From assembly GCA_977020255.1 (NCBI GenBank), contig CDROCS010005192.1, forward strand, positions 1 through 64,000: a stretch of 64,000 nucleotides of DNA, in the 5' to 3' direction. Shown in pieces: positions 40,754 through 50,230 of this stretch. Positions within the stretch are counted from its first letter, which is position 1, and each line of letters begins with the position of its first letter. This DNA comes from Obrimoposthia wandeli. Taxonomy: Eukaryota. The notes beneath the pieces are model-generated. The model ran no database searches. It was not told the DNA's origin and saw nothing but the letters and a program-made list of their open reading frames with translations. The translations under genes and the position numbers were made by a program.

Positions 40754-43030
40754 CTAGATCTTACAAGCGCCGCCTTCACAATCATCGTCTTCAACTTCTG
40801 GTGCTTGCGGGTCCGACATACCGTCACGTGTATTGTGATAGTACAATGTTTTAAGACCGTTTTTATAAGCACTTAACAAGTCTTTCAAAAGCACCTGCAT
40901 CGGTACTTTATTGCCTTCAAAGCGTGATGGGTCGTAGTTGGTATTGGCTGAAATCGCTTGGTCGACGAATTTCTGCATAATACCGACAAGCTGCAAGTAA
41001 CCTTGGTTACTTGGAATCTGCCACAACAGCTCATAGTTTTTACGCAAGCGACCAAACTCAGGAACAACTTGCTTTAGGATGCCATCTTTTGATTGCTTAA
41101 CGCTGATATAGCCACGTGGTGGCTCAATACCGTTAGTCGCGTTGCTAATCTGAGACGAAGTCTCAGAAGGCATTAATGCGGTTAGAGTAGAGTTACGCAG
41201 ACCTGTTTTCTTAATGTCGGCGCGTAAAGCTTCCCAGTCGTAAGCCAAAGGCTCGTCACAGAACTTATCAACGTCTTTCTTGTAGGTATCAATCGGTAAG
41301 ATACCTTGAGCGTAGGTTGTTTCAGCGAAGGCTTCACAAGCACCTTGCTCTTGAGCAAGCTTGTTAGAAGCGCGTAATAAATAATACTGAATCGCTTCAA
41401 ATGCACGGTGAGTTAAGCCGTTAGCACTGCCATCAGAATACTTAACGCCATTCTTCGCTAGGAAGTATGCGTAGTTAATAACACCCACACCTAAGGTGCG
41501 GCGATTCAAACTGGCCTTCTGTGCGGCGATCATTGGGTAATCTTGATAAGACAATAAGCTATCAAGTGCGCGCACTACCAAATCAGAAAGCTCTTCTAAT
41601 TCGTCTAGGTTCTCAAGAGTTCCTAGGTTAAACGCGGCAAGCGTACAAAGTGCGATTTCGCCTTCTTCGTCATTAACATCTTGTAATGGCTTAGTCGGTA
41701 GCGCAATTTCTAGGCATAAATTCGATTGACGAATCGGTGCAACTTCAGGGTTGAACGGGCTGTGTGTATTACAGTGATCAACGTTCTGAATGTAGATACG
41801 GCCGGTGCCCGCACGTTCTTGCATTAGGGTAGAAAACAGGTCTACCGCTTTAATCGTTTCTTTACGGATCGATTCGTCTTGCTCGTACTGCACATACAAA
41901 CGCTCAAACTTTTCTTGATCGGCAAAGAATGCATCGTATAAACCAGGAACATCGGAAGGTGAGAACAAGGTGATGTTTTGGTTTTTAATTAAACGCTCAT
42001 ACATTAACTTGTTTAGCTGCACGCCATAATCTAAGTGACGTACACGGTTCTCTTCAACACCGCGGTTATTCTTCAATACCAGTAGCGATTCAACTTCTAA
42101 ATGCCATAACGGGTAGAACAAGGTCGCAGCACCACCACGAACACCGCCTTGAGAGCACGATTTAACCGCGGTCTGGAAGTGCTTGTAGAATGGGATACAA
42201 CCCGTGTGGAAAGCTTCACCACCACGGATAGGGCTACCTAATGCACGAATGCGGCCGCCGTTAATGCCGATGCCAGCACGTTGAGATACGTACTTAACAA
42301 TCGCGCTAGACGCTGCGTTGATTGAATCTAGGCTATCGCCGGCTTCAATCAATACGCACGAGCTGAATTGGCGTGTTGGCGTACGTACGCCGGCCATAAT
42401 CGGTGTCGGTAACGAAATTTTGAAACTGGATGACGCATCATAGAAGCGTTTAATAAAATCTAAGCGACGCTCTTTATCGTATTGTGCGAACAGGCAAGCC
42501 GCGATTAATACGTATAAAAATTGTGCGCTTTCATAGATATCGCCAGTGACACGGTTTTGAACGAGATATTTCCCTTCTAGCTGCTTAACCGCCGCGTAGC
42601 TGAAATTCATGTCGCGGCTATGATCAAGGAATACGTCCATCGCGGCGAATTCTTCGGCGGTATAGTCTTTTAATAAATCACTGTCATAGCGGTTATCAGC
42701 CACCATTTTTTGCACGTGATCAAAAAGCTTAGGTGGCTCAAACTGGCCATAGGCTTTTTTACGCAGGTGAAAAATATTTAAGCGTGCTGCTAAATATTGA
42801 TAATCTGGGGTTTCTTCAGAGATTAAGTCGGCAGCGGCTTTGATCAAAGTTTCATGTATTTCTGAGGTAGTAATACCATCAAAAAATTGTAAATGGGCTT
42901 TTAGCTCAACCTCAGAAACGGATACGTTGTCCAATCCTTCTGCTGCCCAATCGACAACCTTGTGGATCTTCTCTAAATCGATGGTTTCTTGGCGACCGTC
43001 TCGTTTGGTTACAAATAGCGCGCTGTTCAT
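40754..43030 (-). CDS. nrdA: Class Ia ribonucleotide reductase alpha subunit
   Basis: ATP cone VTKRDG, QFSSCVLI, SCSQGGVRGG, SNLCLEI, MPSETSS, TLYY, C-terminal CEGGACKI. Confidence 0.98.
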   Translation of the reverse strand: MNSALFVTKRDGRQETIDLEKIHKVVDWAAEGLDNVSVSEVELKAHLQFFDGITTSEIHETLIKAAADLISEETPDYQYLAARLNIFHLRKKAYGQFEPPKLFDHVQKMVADNRYDSDLLKDYTAEEFAAMDVFLDHSRDMNFSYAAVKQLEGKYLVQNRVTGDIYESAQFLYVLIAACLFAQYDKERRLDFIKRFYDASSSFKISLPTPIMAGVRTPTRQFSSCVLIEAGDSLDSINAASSAIVKYVSQRAGIGINGGRIRALGSPIRGGEAFHTGCIPFYKHFQTAVKSCSQGGVRGGAATLFYPLWHLEVESLLVLKNNRGVEENRVRHLDYGVQLNKLMYERLIKNQNITLFSPSDVPGLYDAFFADQEKFERLYVQYEQDESIRKETIKAVDLFSTLMQERAGTGRIYIQNVDHCNTHSPFNPEVAPIRQSNLCLEIALPTKPLQDVNDEEGEIALCTLAAFNLGTLENLDELEELSDLVVRALDSLLSYQDYPMIAAQKASLNRRTLGVGVINYAYFLAKNGVKYSDGSANGLTHRAFEAIQYYLLRASNKLAQEQGACEAFAETTYAQGILPIDTYKKDVDKFCDEPLAYDWEALRADIKKTGLRNSTLTALMPSETSSQISNATNGIEPPRGYISVKQSKDGILKQVVPEFGRLRKNYELLWQIPSNQGYLQLVGIMQKFVDQAISANTNYDPSRFEGNKVPMQVLLKDLLSAYKNGLKTLYYHNTRDGMSDPQAPEVEDDDCEGGACKI

Positions 43031-43172
43031 ATATTTGGGTGCCTGTAGATCCTATAATCTTGGTATTGCTCATCTGTGGGTGAGCACGAAAATACGGTTA
43101 GAATTGATGCTCTGCTTGATCTTAAATCAAATGACGTGTAGGTCACTGGTATAGGCGTGGTATCTAACCGAG

Positions 43173-43220
43173 ACACAGGATATTGCGGTTGGGAGTTCAT
43201 TTCAACCCCTTATGTAGTGT
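43173..43220. promoter_or_regulatory. Tandem NrdR boxes upstream of nrdA
   Basis: ACACAGGATATTGCGG (43173-88) and ACCCCTTATGTAGTGT (43205-20) match acaCwAtATaTwGtgt; 32 nt start-to-start. Confidence 0.8.
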
Positions 43221-43225
43221 TTGCC

Positions 43226-43245
43226 TGTGGATAAGCTGTGGAAAT
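43226..43245 (-). promoter_or_regulatory. DnaA boxes upstream of nrdA
   Basis: Perfect TTATCCACA (43226-34, minus strand) plus degenerate ATTTCCACA (43237-45). Confidence 0.75.
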
Positions 43246-43437
43246 TAAGTGGACACATATCTTATCAAAAATACGGTAAAATACCGTGTAGAAAGGTTGC
43301 ATTTTTTATATTTGTAACAGAAAAATTCGGAACTCAGTGCAAAGCACTGATTTAGCGTCTAAAGTTATATACAAGCCTTTCAATATAACGGCAGTTCAAC
43401 AAATAGCGGCGTTCAAAGAATTGAATAGGAAAACAGT

Positions 43438-44178
43438 GTGGAATTAAAACATGGTAGCAGTCAGGACGAAAACTGGCGCATCTTAATTGTTGAAGATGAT
43501 GAGCGGTTAGCAAACCTGACCAAAGACTATTTAGAAAGTAACGGTCTTAAGGTCTCTATAGAAGGGGATGGTAGTCGCGCTATTGAGCGTATTAAAACCG
43601 AGCAACCGGACTTAGTGGTACTCGATTTGATGCTGCCTGGAGAAGACGGTTTAGCGGTATGTCGTATTGTTAGGCCTCATTATTCAGGTCCAATTTTAAT
43701 GCTGACAGCGCGTACTGAAGATCTTGATCAGGTATTGGGTTTAGAGATGGGAGCGGATGATTACGTTGCCAAACCTGTTCGCCCGCGTGTATTACTCGCT
43801 CGAATTCGTGCTTTGTTGCGTCGAGTGAAAGAACAAGCTGAGAATAAAGGTAATAAAGATGAAGCTTCTGCTAAACGTTTAACCTTTGGTAACTTGGTTG
43901 TTGATAGCTCAATGCGTGAAGCCTGGTTGGATGGTAATAGCATTGATTTAACCAGTGCTGAATTTGATTTGCTATGGCTTCTTTCTAGCAGCGCAGGTCA
44001 TGTTCTGACTCGTGAAGAAATTTTCCATCAACTGCGCGGCATTGAATATGACGGGCAGGATCGATCGATTGATGTGCGAGTGTCGCGAATTCGACCTAAA
44101 GTAGGCGATGACCCGATTAACCCGAAGCGTATCAAGACTGTTCGTAGTAAAGGTTATCTTTTTGTAAAAGAAATTTAA
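43438..44178 (+). CDS. rstA: OmpR-family response regulator, RstA-like
   Basis: REC (VEDD, VLDLMLPG) plus wHTH (YDGQDRSIDVRVSRIR..KTVRSKGY); divergent from nrdA. Confidence 0.8.
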   Translation: MELKHGSSQDENWRILIVEDDERLANLTKDYLESNGLKVSIEGDGSRAIERIKTEQPDLVVLDLMLPGEDGLAVCRIVRPHYSGPILMLTARTEDLDQVLGLEMGADDYVAKPVRPRVLLARIRALLRRVKEQAENKGNKDEASAKRLTFGNLVVDSSMREAWLDGNSIDLTSAEFDLLWLLSSSAGHVLTREEIFHQLRGIEYDGQDRSIDVRVSRIRPKVGDDPINPKRIKTVRSKGYLFVKEI

Positions 44179-44203
44179 TTTCGTAAAAAGAGATTAAATC
44201 ATC

Positions 44204-44231
44204 AAACACCACTCTTTCTGAGTGGTGTTTT
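44204..44231 (+). terminator. Hairpin between regulator and sensor genes
   Basis: AAACACCACTC-TTTCT-GAGTGGTGTTT(T), 11-bp stem. Confidence 0.6.
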
Positions 44232-44239
44232 GTATCTAC

Positions 44240-45829
44240 TTGAATAATTTAGGGAGAAAACGCATTTTTATTCGAGTTTATTCTGGTTTATTAGGTGCTT
44301 TGGTACTGGTTGTTCTGTTATGCATGTTGGCATTGCAGCTGGTGGATCATGTCCGTGGAGCGCAGTTTAATCAAAATGTTGTGCGTGGCAGTCTGCATCT
44401 CATCACACAGCGTTTACGCGATGATATTACTGAGCAGGGAGACTTAGAAGCCCGCTTTGATGCTCAAATAGATATCGTCAGTAACGAAAAAGCCCAGTTA
44501 GATGAATACCAATTGAGCCGTTTAGAGCGCCATGAAGTATTAATCTTATCGGATGATATTGCTCATGAGGCCAAACTCATTACTGTGCTTGATGATGGTA
44601 ATTTAATAAAAACCACCTTGCGTAATGTCACCGAAGTACAAGCTCAAGCCTCAGGTCAGTTATTACTGGAAGATTGGCAACGCAGTGGTCAGCCTTTGGA
44701 GGATTTTCTAAAAAACATATCGACACATTTTGGTTATTCATTAAGCCTTCTGCCGCTTGCAAACTTTGATCTCAGCAAGGGTGATTTAGGCCGCATGCAA
44801 TATGGCGATGTGCTCATGCGTATTGCGATTGATGGTGAAAGTGCTGATGCCTTGGTTAAGGTCCCTGGTAAAGATCAGGTTATTCGCATGGGGCCAATCT
44901 TTGCCTTTAAGCGTTACACTCCTATGGGCATCGCTATCATCGCTATGACGGGGTTTATATTGTTAGGGTTGGGTGTTTATTGGGTAGTAAATTCGTTTGA
45001 AATGCGTTTACGTAAATTAGAGCAAGCAACCAGTCGATTGTCGCAAGGGCATTTAAATGCGCGAGTTGGCATCAATGGCTCTGACCCTGTGAGTCGCTTA
45101 GGCCAAGCGTTTAATAAAATGGCTGATCATATTCAACGTCTCATTAGTGTGCAGCGTGAGATGGTACGCGCGGTATCTCATGAACTTCGTACTCCGGTGG
45201 CTCGTATTCGCTTTGGACTGCAAATTATTGAAGATACCGCCGGTGATGATCCCTTCGTCATGAAGCAACTCACAGGCATGGATTCAGACATTCAAGAATT
45301 AGATGAGTTGATTGATGAAATATTAACGTATGCACGACTTGAAGAGGGTGGGCCATTATTAGACTTTGAATTAACCAATATTCAAAATTTAATCTTACAG
45401 TTGGTTGATGAAGCTCGGCCTCCTGCGCGTGTCAGTGTTAATTATGGCGGGGCCGTTGGTTCTCAGCATGAGGCAGAAGTTGAGTATCGTTACATGCACC
45501 GTGCGATTCAAAACTTGATTGGTAACGCTTGTCGTTATGCTAAGTCACAGGTGGTAGTGACCTTCTCTGTCGGTGCAGATACCTGCCGAGTAGATGTTGC
45601 TGATGATGGTCCGGGTATTCCCGAGGAGGAATGGAATCGGGTCTTTACGCCTTTTGCGCGCTTGGATGATAGTCGTACGCGCAGTTCGGGAGGCTATGGT
45701 TTGGGCTTATCGATTGTACGTCGTATTACTTATTGGCATGGTGGTCGTGCAATGGTGAGTCGTGATGAGGTATTAGGCGGCGCGAAATTTAGCCTTGTAT
45801 GGCCAAAGCGTCATCAGGAACTCAGTTAG
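44240..45829 (+). CDS. rstB: Sensor histidine kinase with HAMP, RstB-like
   Basis: Two TMs, HAMP, H-box VSHELRTPVARI, N-box NLIGNACRY, DDGPG, GYGLGLSI. Start uncertain (TTG 44240 vs GTG 44222, which lies inside the hairpin). Confidence 0.8.
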   Translation: MNNLGRKRIFIRVYSGLLGALVLVVLLCMLALQLVDHVRGAQFNQNVVRGSLHLITQRLRDDITEQGDLEARFDAQIDIVSNEKAQLDEYQLSRLERHEVLILSDDIAHEAKLITVLDDGNLIKTTLRNVTEVQAQASGQLLLEDWQRSGQPLEDFLKNISTHFGYSLSLLPLANFDLSKGDLGRMQYGDVLMRIAIDGESADALVKVPGKDQVIRMGPIFAFKRYTPMGIAIIAMTGFILLGLGVYWVVNSFEMRLRKLEQATSRLSQGHLNARVGINGSDPVSRLGQAFNKMADHIQRLISVQREMVRAVSHELRTPVARIRFGLQIIEDTAGDDPFVMKQLTGMDSDIQELDELIDEILTYARLEEGGPLLDFELTNIQNLILQLVDEARPPARVSVNYGGAVGSQHEAEVEYRYMHRAIQNLIGNACRYAKSQVVVTFSVGADTCRVDVADDGPGIPEEEWNRVFTPFARLDDSRTRSSGGYGLGLSIVRRITYWHGGRAMVSRDEVLGGAKFSLVWPKRHQELS

Positions 45830-45901
45830 TTATTAACAATTTGTAACGTTAAGACACCTTTAGATTACAGACAGGTTGCAATAACACAGGCATATTTAAC
45901 G

Positions 45902-45980
45902 CACGTATCCTATGGACACGTGGTGAGAATGTAGCGAAGTTATTCGCTTTTTGGGGATTCCTTATGGAGTCCCCTTTTTT
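45902..45980 (+). ncRNA. Candidate small RNA (three hairpins, last one an intrinsic terminator)
   Basis: Hairpins at 45902-22, 45933-48 and 45953-74 + T6; no ORF; see findings. Confidence 0.35.
45953..45980 (+). terminator. Rho-independent terminator
   Basis: GGGGATTCC-TTAT-GGAGTCCCC-TTTTTT. Confidence 0.85.
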
Positions 45981-46012
45981 TGTCTAAAATTTAAGCTTTT
46001 CATTTGTTTATG

Positions 46013-46930
46013 CTACTTGAGAGGCTCGATGCCAACCAAGTTGTTATTACACGCATGTAATGATTGTTGTAGAAAATCTCTCATATAGCTACTGTCTTTC
46101 TGTTCTTCTCTAATCGCGGCATACAGGGTGGGCCAGATGCCCTTTTTACCTAACGGCCTTGAGCTAATTAAGCCCGCATTCAAATACGGCTGCAATGCCC
46201 AGTTGGGTAAGCACGCCACGCCACGGCCACTGGCCACGAGCTGTACTATCATTAGGGTTAAATCCGCTTGGCGAGTATTCGCAGGTTCAATACCATTGGG
46301 TTCAAGAAACTGGGTGAATATATCCAAACGCTTGCGCTCTACCGGATAATGAATAAGCGTTTGGCTGGCCAAATCTTCCGCTTCAATATATTTTTTATCG
46401 GTTAAATTATCTTGATTGGCGATCGCCAGCAGTGCTTGGTAACGAAACAATGGCTGATAGTGAATGCCTGTCATCGGTGTGGGATCTGCGGTGACTACAA
46501 GATCTAAATCGCCTCGTGCTAAAGCGGGTAGGGGTTCAAAATGGAAACTTGCCATCAAATCAATTTCAACTTCTGGCCATTGATCTCTAAAATTATTGAT
46601 GGCTGGCATTAACCAGTCAAAACAGCTATGGCACTCAATGGCCATGTGTAAACGACCAGCTTGGCCACCGGCGAGTTTTTTTATGTCGCGACTGGTTTGC
46701 TCAAGCTGCGGAATAACCTGATCGGCTAGTTCAAGAATATGCTCACCTGCGCGGGTAAAGCGAATAGGTTTCGTTTTGCGCACAAACAAGCTGAGGCCTA
46801 AACGCTCTTCTACATCTTTTAATTGGTGGGACAGTGCTGATTGTGTGAGATGCAGTTGTTTGGCTGCTTCGACAAGAGAGCCTCCATTACGCAGTGCGCG
46901 CACGGTTTTAAGATGCTTTATTTCTAGCAT
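46013..46930 (-). CDS. metR: LysR-family methionine regulator MetR
   Basis: MLEIKHLKT, TQSALSHQ, AIECHSCFDWL, IHYPVERKRLDIF, LYAAIR; true start ATG 46930. Confidence 0.92.
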   Translation of the reverse strand: MLEIKHLKTVRALRNGGSLVEAAKQLHLTQSALSHQLKDVEERLGLSLFVRKTKPIRFTRAGEHILELADQVIPQLEQTSRDIKKLAGGQAGRLHMAIECHSCFDWLMPAINNFRDQWPEVEIDLMASFHFEPLPALARGDLDLVVTADPTPMTGIHYQPLFRYQALLAIANQDNLTDKKYIEAEDLASQTLIHYPVERKRLDIFTQFLEPNGIEPANTRQADLTLMIVQLVASGRGVACLPNWALQPYLNAGLISSRPLGKKGIWPTLYAAIREEQKDSSYMRDFLQQSLHACNNNLVGIEPLK

Positions 46931-46944
46931 GAGGGGCTCGTCTA

Positions 46945-46957
46945 TGAAAATAATTAA
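46945..46957. promoter_or_regulatory. Possible MetR autoregulatory site
   Basis: TGAA-AATAA-TTAA, one mismatch from TGAA-N5-TTCA. Confidence 0.4.
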
Positions 46958-47121
46958 TGAGATTTTATATTTAACATGTGAATAATTCAAGTGAGTGATC
47001 TGTATTAGGTTCAAGCCCAGTGACGCTATTCATATTGATAAAGGCTTGGCGCAGACCATTTTGACACGTAAAATACAAAGCATAATTATATAAAAATACC
47101 GTTAACTCAGGAATTACCACT

Positions 47122-48609
47122 ATGTCCCGCTACCTTTTGGCTATTGACCAAGGTACAACGAGCAGCCGCGCCATCGTATTTGATCTTGATGGCCACATCA
47201 TTGCTTCTAGCCAACAAGAATTTCCTCAGATTTTTCCTCACGATGGCTGGGTAGAGCATGATCCCGAAGACATATGGCGTACGACAGAAGAAACGTGTCG
47301 TGAAGCGATTAAAAAAGCTTCTTTAGATGCGAGTGATATTTTATCGATAGGCATTACCAATCAGCGCGAAACGACGGTTGTTTGGGATAAGGTGACGGGA
47401 ACACCTATTTATAATGCGATCGTATGGCAAGACCGTCGAACAGCTGACTTATGCCAGAAGTTAAAGCAAGAAGAGGGACTGGTTGATAAGTTAACCGCAA
47501 AAACAGGCTTATTATTGGATCCATATTTCTCCGCCAGTAAAATCGCGTGGATTTTGGATAATGTAGAGGGCGCTCGTGCTCGCGGTGAAGCAGGCGAATT
47601 ATTATTCGGTACTATTGATACATTCTTGTTGTGGCGACTAACGGGCGGTAAGCAGCACGCAACCGATGCAACCAATGCCTCTCGAACTTTATTGTTTAAC
47701 ATTCATACCAATGAATGGGATTCAGAGCTGTTAAGTTTATTCAATGTGCCTGCCAATATGCTACCTGAGGTGCGGGATTGCGCGGCCGATTATGGCCATA
47801 CTAAAGCTGATCTATTTGGTGCCGAAATCGCCATTGGTGGCATTGCAGGAGATCAGCAGGCAGCGCTCATTGGCCAAGCCTGTTTTACCCCAGGTATGGC
47901 AAAAAGTACCTATGGTACCGGTTGTTTCATGATTATGAATACCGGTGATCAGGCGTTACAGTCTAAGAGTCGTTTATTAACCACGATTGGTTATCGAATT
48001 AATGGTAAAACCAGCTATGCCTTAGAAGGCAGTATTTTTATGGCCGGAGCCACTATTCAGTGGATTCGTGATGGCTTGCAGTTGATTTCGAATGCCAAGG
48101 AAAGTCAGTCGCTAGCAGAAGAAACCGGTGCAGATAACTCAGTTTATATGGTGCCTGCATTTACTGGCTTGGGAGCGCCTTATTGGGATCCTGAAGCGCG
48201 TGGTGCCATTTTTGGTTTAGCCCGTGATACTGGCATTAAAGAAATCGTTACCGCAGGTCTGCAATCAGTGTGTTATCAAACCCGAGATTTATTACAGGCT
48301 ATGTCGCAAGATGGTGCTTGCCCAGCCAGTATTCGAGTCGATGGAGGCATGGTGGTTAATGACTGGTTGATGCAGTTTTTAGCGGATACTTTGAATGTAA
48401 CGATTGAGCGCCCTCAAGTAACTGAGACGACTGCATTAGGCGTAGCCTATTTGGCAGGTTTGCAAGCTGGAGTATTTGAAAGCTTGGAGCAAGTGGCGGA
48501 TCTATGGCATAACGAAGCGAAGTTTGAACCTTCAATGCCTGAAGAAGCCCGTGAACGCTTGTATGCAGGTTGGTTGGAAGCGGTGGGTAAAGTATTAGGG
48601 AATAAGTGA
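47122..48609 (+). CDS. glpK: Glycerol kinase
   Basis: [51 protein letters not shown]. Confidence 0.97.
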   Translation: MSRYLLAIDQGTTSSRAIVFDLDGHIIASSQQEFPQIFPHDGWVEHDPEDIWRTTEETCREAIKKASLDASDILSIGITNQRETTVVWDKVTGTPIYNAIVWQDRRTADLCQKLKQEEGLVDKLTAKTGLLLDPYFSASKIAWILDNVEGARARGEAGELLFGTIDTFLLWRLTGGKQHATDATNASRTLLFNIHTNEWDSELLSLFNVPANMLPEVRDCAADYGHTKADLFGAEIAIGGIAGDQQAALIGQACFTPGMAKSTYGTGCFMIMNTGDQALQSKSRLLTTIGYRINGKTSYALEGSIFMAGATIQWIRDGLQLISNAKESQSLAEETGADNSVYMVPAFTGLGAPYWDPEARGAIFGLARDTGIKEIVTAGLQSVCYQTRDLLQAMSQDGACPASIRVDGGMVVNDWLMQFLADTLNVTIERPQVTETTALGVAYLAGLQAGVFESLEQVADLWHNEAKFEPSMPEEARERLYAGWLEAVGKVLGNK

Positions 48610-48751
48610 TTCAATTTTTCTGAAGGTATTTAAGAAAAATTGCGCCATGTTTAATTGTAATATTACGTAATTTGACATGGCGGCTTTTTTTCAGACGCTT
48701 ATAATCACGCCCCATCCCTTCGCTGCAACACATTCGGTGTGATAAAAAACC

Positions 48752-49879
48752 ATGGAAGTATCTTTGGATTCTCAGCGTGACGCTCAACTCGATTCTCAGC
48801 ACGATACCCTACGTCGAACACTGCTCGCCAGCGGTGGGGCATTTTTATACTCATTACTGATTTTGGTTTGTTATTGGCTAGGCTATGTCGTATTAGAGAC
48901 AGCAGAATTAATTATTCTATTTACCTCTTTCTGGTTGGGTCATCTAGCCACTGTCGGCTTTGTTTATGGCCGTTATAAAAGAAACATCAATACTCCTAGT
49001 ATGACTTTACTGCACATGACTTGGGCTATTATTTTTGTCAGTATTGTTCTCTATCATACGGTAGAGATACGGCCAGCATTGATGATGGCTTATCTTACCA
49101 TTTTACCCTTTGGGGCTTTTCGTTTGAAATGGCGTGGTTTTTTCGGTATCACGTTATTCACCCTCGCCAGTTATGCCGTCGTACTGTTCCTCTTTCAGCA
49201 AAACCACTCTGGTTTTTGGTTACCTCAAGTCGAGGTGATTATTGGTATTACTTTTTTATTAGCCATGATGGGGTATTGTATTTTAGGGCGCGAGTTCAGT
49301 ATTTTGCGAGAGCGTTTAACTCATAGCAATCAGCAATTAAAAGCCGCATTAACAAAAATAGAAGAACTGGCCATTACCGATGAACTCACAGGGCTCTATA
49401 ATCGTCGTCACTTATTAGACCATTTGGATAAGCAACGAGCGATCGCCAATAGAGAAGGGACTAATTTTGTTTTGGCCTTTGTTGATCTTGATAAATTCAA
49501 AAGTATTAATGATCAATTTGGTCATCAAGTCGGGGATGATGTGTTGCGTCAATTCTCTGATTTATTGCAAGAATCCATTCGTGAAGTCGATCTTGTCGCG
49601 CGTTATGGGGGTGAGGAATTTGTTTTGCTGCTGAATGGTGTTGGTATTGAAACCGCAGCCGTCGTAGTAGAACGAATCCGCAGTGCTGTTGAAAATATGA
49701 GATTTTCCAAGCAAAAATTAGCGATGACAATTTCCGTCGGAATTACTGAATACCGTGCTCCAGAAACCGCAAAAGAGACGTTAGATCGGGCTGATAAATT
49801 ATTGTATCAAGCAAAGGATGCAGGCCGTAATTGTGTTGTGCAGGATTGTGTTAGTGGAAATTTAGAGGCCGTTGATTAG
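48752..49879 (+). CDS. Membrane-bound diguanylate cyclase
   Basis: About six TM segments; DELTGLYNRR, DLDKFKSINDQFGH, RYGGEEF; I-site REVD intact. Confidence 0.92.
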   Translation: MEVSLDSQRDAQLDSQHDTLRRTLLASGGAFLYSLLILVCYWLGYVVLETAELIILFTSFWLGHLATVGFVYGRYKRNINTPSMTLLHMTWAIIFVSIVLYHTVEIRPALMMAYLTILPFGAFRLKWRGFFGITLFTLASYAVVLFLFQQNHSGFWLPQVEVIIGITFLLAMMGYCILGREFSILRERLTHSNQQLKAALTKIEELAITDELTGLYNRRHLLDHLDKQRAIANREGTNFVLAFVDLDKFKSINDQFGHQVGDDVLRQFSDLLQESIREVDLVARYGGEEFVLLLNGVGIETAAVVVERIRSAVENMRFSKQKLAMTISVGITEYRAPETAKETLDRADKLLYQAKDAGRNCVVQDCVSGNLEAVD

Positions 49880-49890
49880 GCATTCAAAAA

Positions 49891-50099
49891 AAGCTATTTC
49901 ACCACCGAGGCACAGAGTTCACAGAGAAGAGAAAGATAAAAAATAAAAGATGAGAGAAAGATAAAAAACGGGGCGTTATTGTACTAGCTCAGGTTTAAAT
50001 AAAAACTCATGATGAGTTTTTATTGTTTACAACTATTTTTCTTCCCTCTGTGTAGCGAAGCGTCTCTGTGTACTCTGTGCCTCGGTGGTGAAATAGCTT
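49891..50099. mobile_element. 209-bp MITE/REP-like element with 36-bp terminal inverted repeats (CACAGAG type)
   Basis: Left arm AAGCTATTTCACCACCGAGGCACAGAGTTCACAGAG (49891-49926) vs right arm 50064-50099: 35/36 complementary. No ORF inside. Confidence 0.75.
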
Positions 50100-50139
50100 G
50101 TCATCGTTTTAATAAGTGAAAAACATAAATCCAAGACAT

Positions 50140-50173
50140 AAAAAAAGCACCAAGAACGTTATTCTTAGTGCTT
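50140..50173 (-). terminator. Intrinsic terminator of argD-argF
   Basis: Minus strand AAGCACTAAGAA-TAACG-TTCTTGGTGCTT followed by a T-run. Confidence 0.8.
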
Positions 50174-50201
50174 CTCTCGTTTGCTGAAATTCTCAGATTT
50201 T

Positions 50202-50230
50202 CTCTGTTAACTCGGCGCCTCTGTGGTTAA
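50202..50230. repeat. Degenerate second copy of the CACAGAG-element right arm
   Basis: CTCTGTTAACTCGGCGCCTCTGTGGTTAA vs CTCTGTGTACTCTGTGCCTCGGTGGTGAA; abuts the argF stop. Confidence 0.55.

Noticed and set aside
39474-43030. Intein, intron or homing endonuclease in nrdA/nrdB
   Set aside because: Lengths (758 and 376 aa) are standard for class Ia RNR and no insertion is seen.
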